A program made the position numbers and the translations under genes. Positions 1-8,369 of a stretch of 64,000 bases of DNA are shown here, piece by piece. Source of the DNA: a virus (taxonomy: Duplodnaviria > Caudoviricetes); IMG/VR virus record IMGVR_UViG_3300044617_001934, positions 1,134 through 65,133 of that record, one strand, 5' to 3'. Numbering within the stretch: position 1 is the first letter of the stretch; every line of letters starts with the position of its first letter. The notes beneath the pieces were generated by a model that saw only the letters and a list, made by a program, of their open reading frames with translations, was not told the DNA's origin and searched no databases.

Positions 1-76
1 ACTAGCAGCAGGTAAGCGATAGAGAGTTAAGTTAAGTTGCTTTAACTTTCTCTCCACATTTATAAATGTACACCAT

Positions 77-292
77 CTATTCTAACTTGTCAAGTGATTT
101 TGAAAAATTTTCTTGAAACCACTCCAAAGACTTACTGGATAAGACTTCCACGAAATTAACTAAGTCTGGATTGATAGTTTTTCCATAACTGCGGGCATAT
201 CCTATAGAAATTAGTTTTCTCGTTAAATTCTCTTTGCAAGTCTCGGTGCATCTGGCTTTTATCTCTGTTGTCCGGTTAAGCGATGGACGCAT
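77..292 (-). CDS. hypothetical protein
   Basis: 71-aa ORF, ATG start preceded by AAGGA; same strand as neighbours. Confidence 0.5.
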   Translation of the reverse strand: MRPSLNRTTEIKARCTETCKENLTRKLISIGYARSYGKTINPDLVNFVEVLSSKSLEWFQENFSKSLDKLE

Positions 293-462
293 GATTTTAT
301 CCTTTATAGCTGTACACCAATAACTATAACAGATGCTTTTGTCAATAGCTGTTATGCGAATGAGGAAATTATCATAAAAATAAAAATGCCAGGAAACTTA
401 ACGAAAACTCGTACAATTTCCCGGCATATTATGTTAAATTTTAGAGAACTGATGGCTTTGAC

Positions 463-1197
463 CTACCTACTAGTCCGCTTAACCTGTACCTTAGCGGTTT
501 CTTTCTTGACAGCCTTAGCCGCTTTCTTTTCTGCTAGGGCTTGTCTTTTGGCCTCTTTCTCAGCCTCTATCGCTTCAAAGACTCCCTCAAATTGTTGTAG
601 CAAAAGCATATCTGCTTCTGTTAAAGCCTCTTCATCTTCCTTAGCTTCAGAGCCACAAGCGATCGCGCACATTCCTACAACACTTTCAATTACACCATCA
701 GGCTCATCAAAAGAATCTATTTCTTCAGGTATTTGCCCAAATTTGAGTATTTCTGCACAAGGTACATCCCATTCGATTAATCCCTTTATTTTATTGATGT
801 CTTGTTCAAATGGTAGAGTTCCTGCCAGTTTAGACGCTAACGAGTCTAACCGTTTGCGATCAAACTTAGTGTAAGGCAACCAGGCAAATAATTCCTTTTT
901 ACCTATAGCTACTCTGAGACAGCACATCGGGGCAAATCTCCCATCCCACTCTACAAAGGCATCAAAAACTGAAACAACTATGACCGTGGCTGTTTCATCG
1001 TTCCCGATAACTAGAGGGATTAGAGACATATTGATAGTCTCTCTTTTGAAGTGCAGGTATTCACCTGCTTTTTTATCCCAAAGGATCTTAAAGCACCCTG
1101 GTAGACTTGACTCCTCCTGCTCTACCTTCCGAGTTGTTCCAAAGATAGATAATTCTTTATCTTCTTTTGCTAGTTGTCTTTGTTTACGGGTTGCCAT
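463..1197 (-). CDS. hypothetical phage protein with basic C-terminal tail
   Basis: 244-aa ORF, AGGT upstream, follows 1208-1513 closely. Confidence 0.75.
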   Translation of the reverse strand: MATRKQRQLAKEDKELSIFGTTRKVEQEESSLPGCFKILWDKKAGEYLHFKRETINMSLIPLVIGNDETATVIVVSVFDAFVEWDGRFAPMCCLRVAIGKKELFAWLPYTKFDRKRLDSLASKLAGTLPFEQDINKIKGLIEWDVPCAEILKFGQIPEEIDSFDEPDGVIESVVGMCAIACGSEAKEDEEALTEADMLLLQQFEGVFEAIEAEKEAKRQALAEKKAAKAVKKETAKVQVKRTSR

Positions 1198-1207
1198 GTT
1201 TTTTTAC

Positions 1208-1513
1208 CTATTTTACTGATGGATACTGTTTATCCAAATATTCAATCACAAGGTCATTAACGGCGTTTTGCCAATTCCTTTGACCTGAAGCAGCACAAAG
1301 TAACTGTTTCATCCTTTCAGGCATCTGGTAAGCATATTCTTTGTCAAATTCCATAGACCTAATCAGGTCTATGTCGTATTTACAGAACATCTCTAATGCT
1401 TTTTTGACTGCCTTAGAACTGGTGTTCTCCTTAAATAGCATTTTGAGATGTTCTACCATCTCAATGTCTACCTCAACACAAGTGAAAAGTTCTCTCCTCC
1501 CTTTTTTTGTCAT
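1208..1513 (-). CDS. putative ribbon-helix-helix-like DNA-binding protein
   Basis: 101 aa; two short beta-helix-helix-like segments (VEVDIEMVEHLK..SSKAVKKAL; AYQMPERMKQLL..WQNAVNDLV). Confidence 0.45.
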   Translation of the reverse strand: MTKKGRRELFTCVEVDIEMVEHLKMLFKENTSSKAVKKALEMFCKYDIDLIRSMEFDKEYAYQMPERMKQLLCAASGQRNWQNAVNDLVIEYLDKQYPSVK

Positions 1514-1539
1514 AAAAATGTTTTTTTAAGGACAATACA

Positions 1540-1568
1540 ATATTAAAACATTCTCCATAAAATGTCAA
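1540..1568 (-). promoter_or_regulatory. sigma70-type promoter TTGACA-17-TAATAT
   Basis: Read directly, just upstream of ORF 1208-1513. Confidence 0.65.
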
Positions 1569-1671
1569 GCTGTTTCATGGAATTTATTAAATTTAAGCAT
1601 AAGTGTATAATAAATTTTGAGTAGCTAATATAACAACAGATAAAAATGATCTAATTTTTGAATTTTAGTGT

Positions 1672-1740
1672 AAATTCCAGAACGGTGCAAAGTTTTCCAT
1701 AAACTTTTTAGACATCTAGGAAAAATTCCAGAACGGTGCA
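1672..1740. repeat. 18-bp direct repeat AAATTCCAGAACGGTGCA x2 (iteron-like)
   Basis: Copies at 1672-1689 and 1723-1740 in a long non-coding region. Confidence 0.8.
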
Positions 1741-1825
1741 GCTTTTTCCAGGACATAGGTAAACAGTGTAAAATCCTTATAACTATTGCTAGGTAAGGAT
1801 TACAGAGCTATCTAAGTATAGATAA

Positions 1826-1877
1826 CTGATCCAAAAATTGTAAGATTATATTATTTCTATTACAAACTTTGGATCAG
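1826..1877. repeat. inverted repeat CTGATCCAAA..TTTGGATCAG, candidate origin/priming hairpin
   Basis: Imperfect palindrome; right arm matches 36643-36661 at 18/19 nt. Confidence 0.6.
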
Positions 1878-2173
1878 AACCCTTGAAAAATAAATACTTT
1901 CAGGCTGAAAATACTATGAATCTTACCTTTATTCTGGAAAAGTAATATATTTAATCTTACGTAAATACTCAATATTTTAAATTTCTATAGTCGCCTAGAT
2001 TACATCAAAACTGTTTTAGTTAATATTTTTAGTAAATTTGTACTATTTTAACTATTTATAGACATGACAAATGTCTGAACATTAAGAAAACAAACTTTTT
2101 AATGTCCTGTCAAATATATTAAATTTTTAGGTAATCATAAGCATCTATAGCTTACGTCTACTGTTTCATTTGA

Positions 2174-2277
2174 CTTAGGAGACTTATTCCCCGCTAAGGG
2201 ACGAGAGCTTTTATTATCAAATCCTCACAGCTAGGAGGTTGCTTTCTCAGATTAATAAACCCCGCTAAAGGTTTATA
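2174..2277 (+). CRISPR. degenerate CRISPR-repeat-like pair with 33-nt spacer (tentative)
   Basis: CTTAGGAGACTTATTCCCCGCTAAGGGACGAGAGC and CTTTCTCAGATTAATAAACCCCGCTAAAGGTTTATA resemble cyanobacterial repeats of the CTTTC..CCCCGCAAGGGGAC.GAAAC type but are not identical to each other. Confidence 0.3.
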
Positions 2278-2309
2278 GGTTAGTGTCAAGCTATTTTTTA
2301 TAGGTGTTC

Positions 2310-2601
2310 TTTTTTTTTGTGCTTCTTAGGCGCGACTTGTAGCTTGTTTTATATCGTTCTGACAACTTTATTCAAGGAAGTTCCTTCTGTCAGACAGATA
2401 GCCTTAAAGACATAGTGACTTTTTCATTATAGGAGTTTCGCCTATAAAACCTCTTATCACGGAGTCCAGCCTATTTACCCTGTACTGCCGACTGGAGGCT
2501 ACTGTTTATCCCCAGTAGTGGGAAATAGCCAATCGCTTTTCTAATAATCTCCTAAGAGAACTAAGCACTGATCGAGGGAAGTGTACCTTATTATGCGGGC
2601 T
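2310..2601 (-). ncRNA. putative large structured non-coding RNA
   Basis: Perfect promoter at 2636-2608, no convincing ORF, long-range closing helix (2319-2336 with 2531-2568) enclosing several hairpins. Confidence 0.6.
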
Positions 2602-2607
2602 GTTTAT

Positions 2608-2636
2608 ATTATAGGCAAATATTTTATGAATGTCAA
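2608..2636 (-). promoter_or_regulatory. perfect consensus sigma70 promoter TTGACA-17-TATAAT
   Basis: Read directly on the minus strand. Confidence 0.8.
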
Positions 2637-2815
2637 GAAATAGCAGAAAAGCAAAAATCAGCAGAAGAAATAACTTCCACTGACTATTAGAGAACACAAT
2701 TTTTAAATATTAATCATTTTAGGACTGTTACCAGCAGTCCTTTTTATTTTAGCTATTTTATCTCAATTGTCAAGTTACAGCACGTAGTCAGTACAAGTAT
2801 AAAATAAACTTCCTA

Positions 2816-2884
2816 AAATTAAGTATAAATCTTAGAAAAAATCGCTTGACAATTTATCTAAGATAAAATATATTAGATTACATG
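2816..2884 (+). promoter_or_regulatory. duplicated early promoter copy 1 (TTGACA-17-TATATT with palindromic spacer TTTATCTWAGATAAA)
   Basis: -35 at 2846-2851, -10 at 2869-2874; near-identical to 4262-4330. Confidence 0.8.
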
Positions 2885-2958
2885 AGGCAAAAACACATTA
2901 TCCCAAAATAACCCGCAAGCCTCACGGGGTGCAGATGGTAGGGACTCTGCTTAGGAAA

Positions 2959-3732
2959 ATGGATAATTTAAATTTGACTATTGGTGGACGCAGCTTGGTG
3001 AGTTCTCGTTTTGCTAGAGGCAAGAGAAACTACATAAATTCATATTGTTATATTCAGGCAACAGCATCTTCCTCTCGAAGAGGAACTGTATCATACGGGA
3101 TTGCTATGTATGTGGAAGTGAAGGGTAAGTTTGAGGAAATTGTAACCCTGAGAGGGGTAGATGTAAAAGATATAGACCTTGAATATCTAAGGTATTCCTT
3201 GTTAAATCGGATATCAAAACTGGAGTTTCATTACTCCTACTACAAACCTCACGACCCAGAAGCCTTTGCATATCAAATGAATGTGTTGCGTTGGGTATTT
3301 TTAAATTGGAATACCCCAGTAGTAAAAGCTATCGTAAAAGCTGAGTACCCAGACGTAACTGGAGAATTTCTCAACTGGAAGAAACAAAATATAGAAAAAC
3401 CAGAGCCAAAACCAGAACCAAAACCAGAACCAAAACCAGAGCCAAAACCAGAGCCAAAACCAGAACCAGAACCAAAACCAGAACCAGAACCAGAACCAAA
3501 ACCAGAACCAAAACCAGAACCAAAACCAGAACCAAAACCAGAGCCAAAAGTAGAGCCAAAACCAGAGCCAAAACCAGAACCTACCCATCTTTATGACGCT
3601 TGCTACTGCAAGGTCATTGCAGAATGGGAAGATTTTGGGGATACCTGGGTTAAAATCCAGTATACCCGTGGTATGCAGCAGAAAGAAACAGTTTTAAAAG
3701 AGAAGTTTTTGGCTAAAGCCATGACTCTCTAA
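2959..3732 (+). CDS. hypothetical protein with long Pro-Glu/Pro-Lys linker
   Basis: ORF track 2929-3732; ATG 2959 preceded by AGGAAA; (PEPK)n tract. Confidence 0.75.
   Translation: MDNLNLTIGGRSLVSSRFARGKRNYINSYCYIQATASSSRRGTVSYGIAMYVEVKGKFEEIVTLRGVDVKDIDLEYLRYSLLNRISKLEFHYSYYKPHDPEAFAYQMNVLRWVFLNWNTPVVKAIVKAEYPDVTGEFLNWKKQNIEKPEPKPEPKPEPKPEPKPEPKPEPEPKPEPEPEPKPEPKPEPKPEPKPEPKVEPKPEPKPEPTHLYDACYCKVIAEWEDFGDTWVKIQYTRGMQQKETVLKEKFLAKAMTL
3397..3582 (+). repeat. coding 12-bp minisatellite (AAACCAGARCCA)n
   Basis: About 15 tandem units encoding KPEP. Confidence 0.95.
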
Positions 3733-3850
3733 ACCAAATGCTAAACCCGAATGCGGGGATTTTAAGCGAGAGCGAGATTAAGTCTCGCTTAATTTTAAAT
3801 CCTGAAAAAGTTTTTCTCCCGTCTTCCCTCTAAAGTAGCTATGGCTGCTT

Positions 3851-4186
3851 ATGAAGAGGGTAAAAAAGCGAATGTCATCTACTGAGGAAACTATTATGAT
3901 ATACGCAAACTGGAAATTGGACCGTCCAAAACGTTTCCAAGGTTCTCTTCCTAAAGGGGACTACGGAAACACAGGATATTCTCACAATCCTTACCTTTCC
4001 CCTTATGACTCCCTTAGTCATAAACAACAGCGTCACTTCCGACGCTATATCTTACACCTGTGTCAAGAGGTAAAACTTGGTAGCCTCCCCAAAATAGAGG
4101 CTATTAAGCTCATCCGATGCAAGCACCTCATCGGATTAAAAGATGGAATAGACTTATTTAACGAAGTTTATCAAACCATCAAATAA
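3851..4186 (+). CDS. protein with ribosomal L7/L12 C-terminal-like motif
   Basis: KIEAIKLIRCKHLIGLKDGIDL resembles the L7/L12 CTD motif KIxVIKxVRxxTGLGLKEAKDL. Confidence 0.55.
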   Translation: MKRVKKRMSSTEETIMIYANWKLDRPKRFQGSLPKGDYGNTGYSHNPYLSPYDSLSHKQQRHFRRYILHLCQEVKLGSLPKIEAIKLIRCKHLIGLKDGIDLFNEVYQTIK

Positions 4187-4190
4187 CAAC

Positions 4191-4220
4191 CGACTCCTGA
4201 CTCCTGGTTAGGAGTTTTTT
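4191..4220 (+). terminator. intrinsic terminator
   Basis: ACTCCTGAC..GTTAGGAGT stem followed by T-run. Confidence 0.7.
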
Positions 4221-4261
4221 ATTATCTGCTAGTCCCTTGCGAAGTATAAAATGACTTGAGA

Positions 4262-4330
4262 AAATTAAGTATAAATCTAAGAAAAAATTGCTTGACAATT
4301 TATCTTAGATAAAATATATTAGATTACATA
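4262..4330 (+). promoter_or_regulatory. duplicated early promoter copy 2
   Basis: -35 at 4292-4297, -10 at 4315-4320, same palindromic spacer. Confidence 0.8.
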
Positions 4331-4366
4331 AGGACGAAACAAAGAACAAAAACAGAGGTAAAGGTT

Positions 4367-4741
4367 ATGCCAGCTTTTTCAAATTCCCCTTGGTCAAATG
4401 GTGGTTCTGATTTCTTTAATCGTGTTCCTCATGTTGATCCTAATCATTCAGAGGGTCGACAAGAACAAGAACAAGAAGAAGAATCTCAATCTGCAATCAA
4501 TCAACAGGTTTATCAGGAATTAGTTTCTGATTCCAGTTTTGTCAAAGTGATAAAACTCAACGGATGTGATGTTGTTATTGGAAAAGGAAATTCTAGTGCG
4601 GCTATTTCTGTCTTCTACCATGATCAAAGAGAATGGGAATCCGTCTACAATGATTTGCCAGTGCCACATTCTTGGCGTGAGGAAGAATGGCATCGGTGGT
4701 TTGATATTCAAGTTTTTAATTTAGTTGCAAGCCGTGTTTAA
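4367..4741 (+). CDS. hypothetical protein
   Basis: 124 aa, GAGGT RBS, directly behind promoter. Confidence 0.75.
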   Translation: MPAFSNSPWSNGGSDFFNRVPHVDPNHSEGRQEQEQEEESQSAINQQVYQELVSDSSFVKVIKLNGCDVVIGKGNSSAAISVFYHDQREWESVYNDLPVPHSWREEEWHRWFDIQVFNLVASRV

Positions 4742-4893
4742 TTTTTGATTGCTTATCTGATTTTTTTTAGATAGGCAATCACTCAGATGCAATCAGCAAA
4801 AGTTCGTTGCATCTGAGTGGTTGACAACAATCAACCTATATGTACCCGGATCATTTATCAAATACACCATACCGGGATGGTTGTACAAAAAAT

Positions 4894-5202
4894 ATGCAAA
4901 TCAAAATTACACGCAAAGACTCTTTTTCTCTACTTGAAATTTTGGGCAACAACGGCGAACCCGCCAGCCCACAGAATCCCATTAATGAACAGGAAGAACT
5001 AGCTTCTGTTGAATTTTCTGAAGCTAATGGTCAGTTAGCGATTGTGTCCGGTATGCCGGCATCTGCGCTGGTGATGGTTGCGCTCAGATATAAGAATCAT
5101 TTTGCCGCAATAGCCGTTGCTAATCCCCGTCTTGGGGTTGCCCTGGTGGTTCATTCCACTACCAAAGCATATCCCTTTGGTTCTAGCGTCCCTTTGGGGT
5201 AA
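4894..5202 (+). CDS. csx3: Csx3/Crn3 ring-nuclease-like protein (candidate anti-type III CRISPR)
   Basis: 102 aa from ATG 4894; LAIVSGMP..LRYKNH..IAVANPRLGVALVVHST..GSSVP follows the Csx3 pattern GVVISGRGP..HKYAH..VAVYDPRLGAVVVQSH..GDVI. Confidence 0.7.
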   Translation: MQIKITRKDSFSLLEILGNNGEPASPQNPINEQEELASVEFSEANGQLAIVSGMPASALVMVALRYKNHFAAIAVANPRLGVALVVHSTTKAYPFGSSVPLG

Positions 5203-5385
5203 TCGACCTGTGGCAAAACAGGTCTACTACAAAACGTGGTAGACCCGCCACAGGTCAAGGTGAAACCAGGTACATTCCAGCAGAACTACTCCCTGAAGTA
5301 GACCACATGCTGGAAGATTACAAAAAAAAGAAAAAGTGAGATTATCCCCCAATTGAAGGGGGATTTTTATTAGGAGAAAACAACC

Positions 5386-5889
5386 ATGATTGAAACTTTA
5401 AAACTAACACTTCCATTAGAAAAATATGGCATCGGTCAAGCAAAACTTTTTGATCGCTTAATTGAGGAAATTGAACAGGGTGAGACTCAGATTATTTTTG
5501 CTGACAACCAACCAATCAGATTAATCCAAGTTGCCAGAATTTATATCTTCTGCAACAAAAAACAACTTGTAGAATCTAAGCAACTAATCAAAGGACAAGG
5601 AGAACGAATCAGAAATATTAGGTGTATTTCTGAGAAGTTTAAGCTGAATGAATCGGCTATAAATGCAGCTTGTAGAGGTATTAAGGAGGAACTAGGAATT
5701 TGCATCAATAGTTCTGATTTAGAGTTATTTGGCAAAAAATCAGAAGAAAAAGAAAGCCCAAGTTATCCCGGTTTGACCACACGCTATGCGTTTTATGATT
5801 TCCGGTGGGATATGCCGGAAGAATATTTTAATCCTGATGGTTATGTTGCCGATGAAGGCGACTGTGTGACTTATTTTGAGTGGAAATAG
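5386..5889 (+). CDS. NUDIX hydrolase-like protein
   Basis: Nudix-box variant EKFKLNESAINAACRGIKEELGI; AGGAG RBS. Confidence 0.75.
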   Translation: MIETLKLTLPLEKYGIGQAKLFDRLIEEIEQGETQIIFADNQPIRLIQVARIYIFCNKKQLVESKQLIKGQGERIRNIRCISEKFKLNESAINAACRGIKEELGICINSSDLELFGKKSEEKESPSYPGLTTRYAFYDFRWDMPEEYFNPDGYVADEGDCVTYFEWK

Positions 5890-5907
5890 AGACAAACCAT
5901 AAAATAT

Positions 5908-5942
5908 AAGCCTAGATACTTAATTGTTTCTAGGCTTTTTTC
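5908..5942. terminator. terminator hairpin with ACTTAATTG loop
   Basis: AAGCCTAGA..TCTAGGCTT plus T-run between convergent genes. Confidence 0.7.
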
Positions 5943-5946
5943 TTGT

Positions 5947-6216
5947 TCAAACACTAATGCTCGGAAAATAATATTGTTGATCAATTAATTCAATTTCCAG
6001 ACAGTGCCAACCAAATCGGCTAACTAATCTATCAGCTAGAACAGACAGACCTTCCTGCTCACAGACAGCTTCTAATCTTTGAGCAAAAGCGATGTGTCTA
6101 TCTTCCCACACCTGAATATCTGTAAAAGGCACATACGTCTTGGCTAATCCCGATTTGAGTTGCGCGATCGCCGCATCAATCAATAAAGTTTCCTGATCAA
6201 TATCCGGTTCCATCAT
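5947..6216 (-). CDS. hypothetical protein
   Basis: 89-aa ORF with AGGGA upstream. Confidence 0.55.
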   Translation of the reverse strand: MMEPDIDQETLLIDAAIAQLKSGLAKTYVPFTDIQVWEDRHIAFAQRLEAVCEQEGLSVLADRLVSRFGWHCLEIELIDQQYYFPSISV

Positions 6217-6420
6217 ATCCCTACACCTGAGTTTTATTCATATTACCAAAAAACCACCGTAAAACAGCACTTTTCAGGGTTCTTTAATTTTCCCATTTTA
6301 ATATTCTAGATAGAACAATAAAAGATAGAATCGCTGTAACCCGTACTGGTTATGACTTGCAGTTATTTTATTAACTTGATTTTTCATTTCTATTTGAGTG
6401 CTAAACAGAGATGGCAGCCA

Positions 6421-6508
6421 GAATAGTATGGTGCATAACCAGGATTTTAGTAATATGCGCTTATGTAAAATATACTTTTAAGCAGGGAATAGTATGGTGC
6501 AGAATAGT
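6421..6508. repeat. 15-bp direct repeat GAATAGTATGGTGCA x2 plus partial third copy
   Basis: 6421-6435, 6487-6501, partial 6502-6508. Confidence 0.75.
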
Positions 6509-6588
6509 GAAGCTAAAATTAAATATATTAATTGATTATTGGTAGGCACTAAAAAACCTCAGATATTGATATCTGAGGTCAGCTAGTT

Positions 6589-6867
6589 TTAATCTGAGTA
6601 AGCCAACGCTTTAATGAGTAAATCCCTTTGTTTACCTGTAACACATCGGCTTTTCTCAAAATATTGGATAATTCCAATAACCGATGGGTGTGTTATTTCC
6701 TCCTCCCCGATCTTGGTTTTTACTTTCTTGATGAGATCAGTTAAAGTGAGTTTGGAATACTCCCTGATTGACTTTTTAATTAACTCTAGCTTTGGCTTAT
6801 AATCACCGTCTTCATCAAATGCACAGGCATAGTACATTTCTCGGTGCATTTCTGAAATTTCACTCAT
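6589..6867 (-). CDS. hypothetical phage protein
   Basis: 92 aa, operon with 6870-7136. Confidence 0.7.
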   Translation of the reverse strand: MSEISEMHREMYYACAFDEDGDYKPKLELIKKSIREYSKLTLTDLIKKVKTKIGEEEITHPSVIGIIQYFEKSRCVTGKQRDLLIKALAYSD

Positions 6868-6869
6868 GG

Positions 6870-7136
6870 TTAAAACTCCATTTGTTTTAATTTTTTAATC
6901 TGTTTTTCAAGAGACTTTATCTTTTTATCTCTCATTATCTTGGCGAGTTCTTTCGCTTCACTTTCGGTTAGAAAGCAATCTTTACCTAAGTGGTACACGC
7001 TATAATTCTGATCCTGTAGAAATACATAGTTAGGATCTCCATCAGCTATATCTCTAACCACTCCTGAAAATAACCCAGTGGTCAAGGCATATTTAGTGAT
7101 CCAAACTCTTTTACCTATTATGTTTTCCATTATCAC
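6870..7136 (-). CDS. hypothetical phage protein
   Basis: 88 aa behind promoter TTGACA-17-TATAGT (7184-7156). Confidence 0.75.
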   Translation of the reverse strand: MIMENIIGKRVWITKYALTTGLFSGVVRDIADGDPNYVFLQDQNYSVYHLGKDCFLTESEAKELAKIMRDKKIKSLEKQIKKLKQMEF

Positions 7137-7215
7137 CTTCTGTTTACCTACTCACACTATAAAAACTATATAAAATATTGTCAAGCATTTTACTACTTAA
7201 ATTTAAAACAATATT

Positions 7216-8250
7216 TTATACAATTACTGCATCGCCATAATACTGACTATGCCAACCATTAGCTTTACGACGCTCAATATACTCTTGCCACTTTTGTGAT
7301 TTGTGGAAAGGACGTTTGTACCTTTGCTCACCAGATTTAACAGCTTTGGTTAATTTATTGATCTCCTGCTGTATACCTACACCATCATCAAACTCAGCAC
7401 AACTATTAAGAATCGTCTGGAATACCTTAGAGTTTTTAACTTTACAAACGTCAGGGTGAACTACGGAAGATAGCTTACGTCTGCCAGCCTTGCCATATTT
7501 CTGAAGAAACCTAAGACAAACCAATGTCATCTTATCTTCTGACTGATATCTAGGTAAATCTCGTTTGATAGCAGCGATCGCTCTCCTGAGTTTTTCCTCT
7601 TCTGGCAAACCAGTGTTACTCATAGTCGGTATGACTTTGATATCAACTTGTACAGATTCTAAAATTTGGATAGCTTCTTTTAGATAGCGCGATCGTTCTA
7701 CTAGCTCCTGAGAAAAGCTGGTTAATCCCCAAGGCAGATGATGTAATTTGCTGTATTCTTGTTGTAGTACACCATTTATAGTTGCACCTGATAGACAGTT
7801 ATAGTCATACTTTTGAGTAACACGCTGATTATTTTCTCTCAGATATTCCCTAACTTTATTCTGCAAAGTCTTTTTAGAATATCTTTTTAGTCCACAACCA
7901 ACCATTGCATCTGCTAGGAAACTGAGATCCCTAGTTTCTGTATCAGGTAATTTAATTTTCTTAATATTCTCAATATTGCCTAGTAGTTGATTTGTGTAGC
8001 TGATAAAATCCTGTAAATCTTTACCAGTAAGCTTTTCAGCTACCTTATCAATACTTTGCTGGGGGAATAATTGACCTGATAAGGATCTGATCAATATCTG
8101 TGCTACTTGGTATTGGTTGAAAGTCTGCTGACCTATTTTATCTCTGACCTTGGAATAAAGCAGCTTCATCTGTCTTTCAGAGTAGTTTTTACCACGTACT
8201 CCGAGTATTAAATTTTCTATTTCTTTTCTGCTGTATTGTTGTTTCATCAC
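7216..8250 (-). CDS. hypothetical basic protein
   Basis: 344-aa ORF with the conserved AAAACAAAGGAAACAGA leader. Confidence 0.75.
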   Translation of the reverse strand: MMKQQYSRKEIENLILGVRGKNYSERQMKLLYSKVRDKIGQQTFNQYQVAQILIRSLSGQLFPQQSIDKVAEKLTGKDLQDFISYTNQLLGNIENIKKIKLPDTETRDLSFLADAMVGCGLKRYSKKTLQNKVREYLRENNQRVTQKYDYNCLSGATINGVLQQEYSKLHHLPWGLTSFSQELVERSRYLKEAIQILESVQVDIKVIPTMSNTGLPEEEKLRRAIAAIKRDLPRYQSEDKMTLVCLRFLQKYGKAGRRKLSSVVHPDVCKVKNSKVFQTILNSCAEFDDGVGIQQEINKLTKAVKSGEQRYKRPFHKSQKWQEYIERRKANGWHSQYYGDAVIV

Positions 8251-8369
8251 TCTGTTTCCTTTGTTTTAGCTATTTTACAATATTTTATGGATTAAGTATT
8301 GCAATTATATTATAACTGAGTTATTATAATAAGGAAACACATAAAACAAAGGTAAATGAGGAAATAATC

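Noticed and set aside
386-874. 162-aa plus-strand ORF, and similar shadows at 12223, 25634, 27605, 38333, 51521 and 62860
   Set aside because: Overlap better-supported genes on the opposite strand; composition typical of antisense frames
2310-2601. Group I/II intron, retron msr-msd, tmRNA or tRNA
   Set aside because: No recognisable catalytic core, tag frame or cloverleaf, no interrupted gene, no RT in the window
2506-2697. 63-aa minus-strand ORF with hydrophobic start
   Set aside because: Spans the perfect promoter and the structured region, non-ATG start, no RBS; the ncRNA reading fits better
3301-3588. Minus-strand (FW)n and (LV)n ORFs that look like membrane peptides
   Set aside because: Antisense shadows of the PEPK minisatellite in the plus-strand gene
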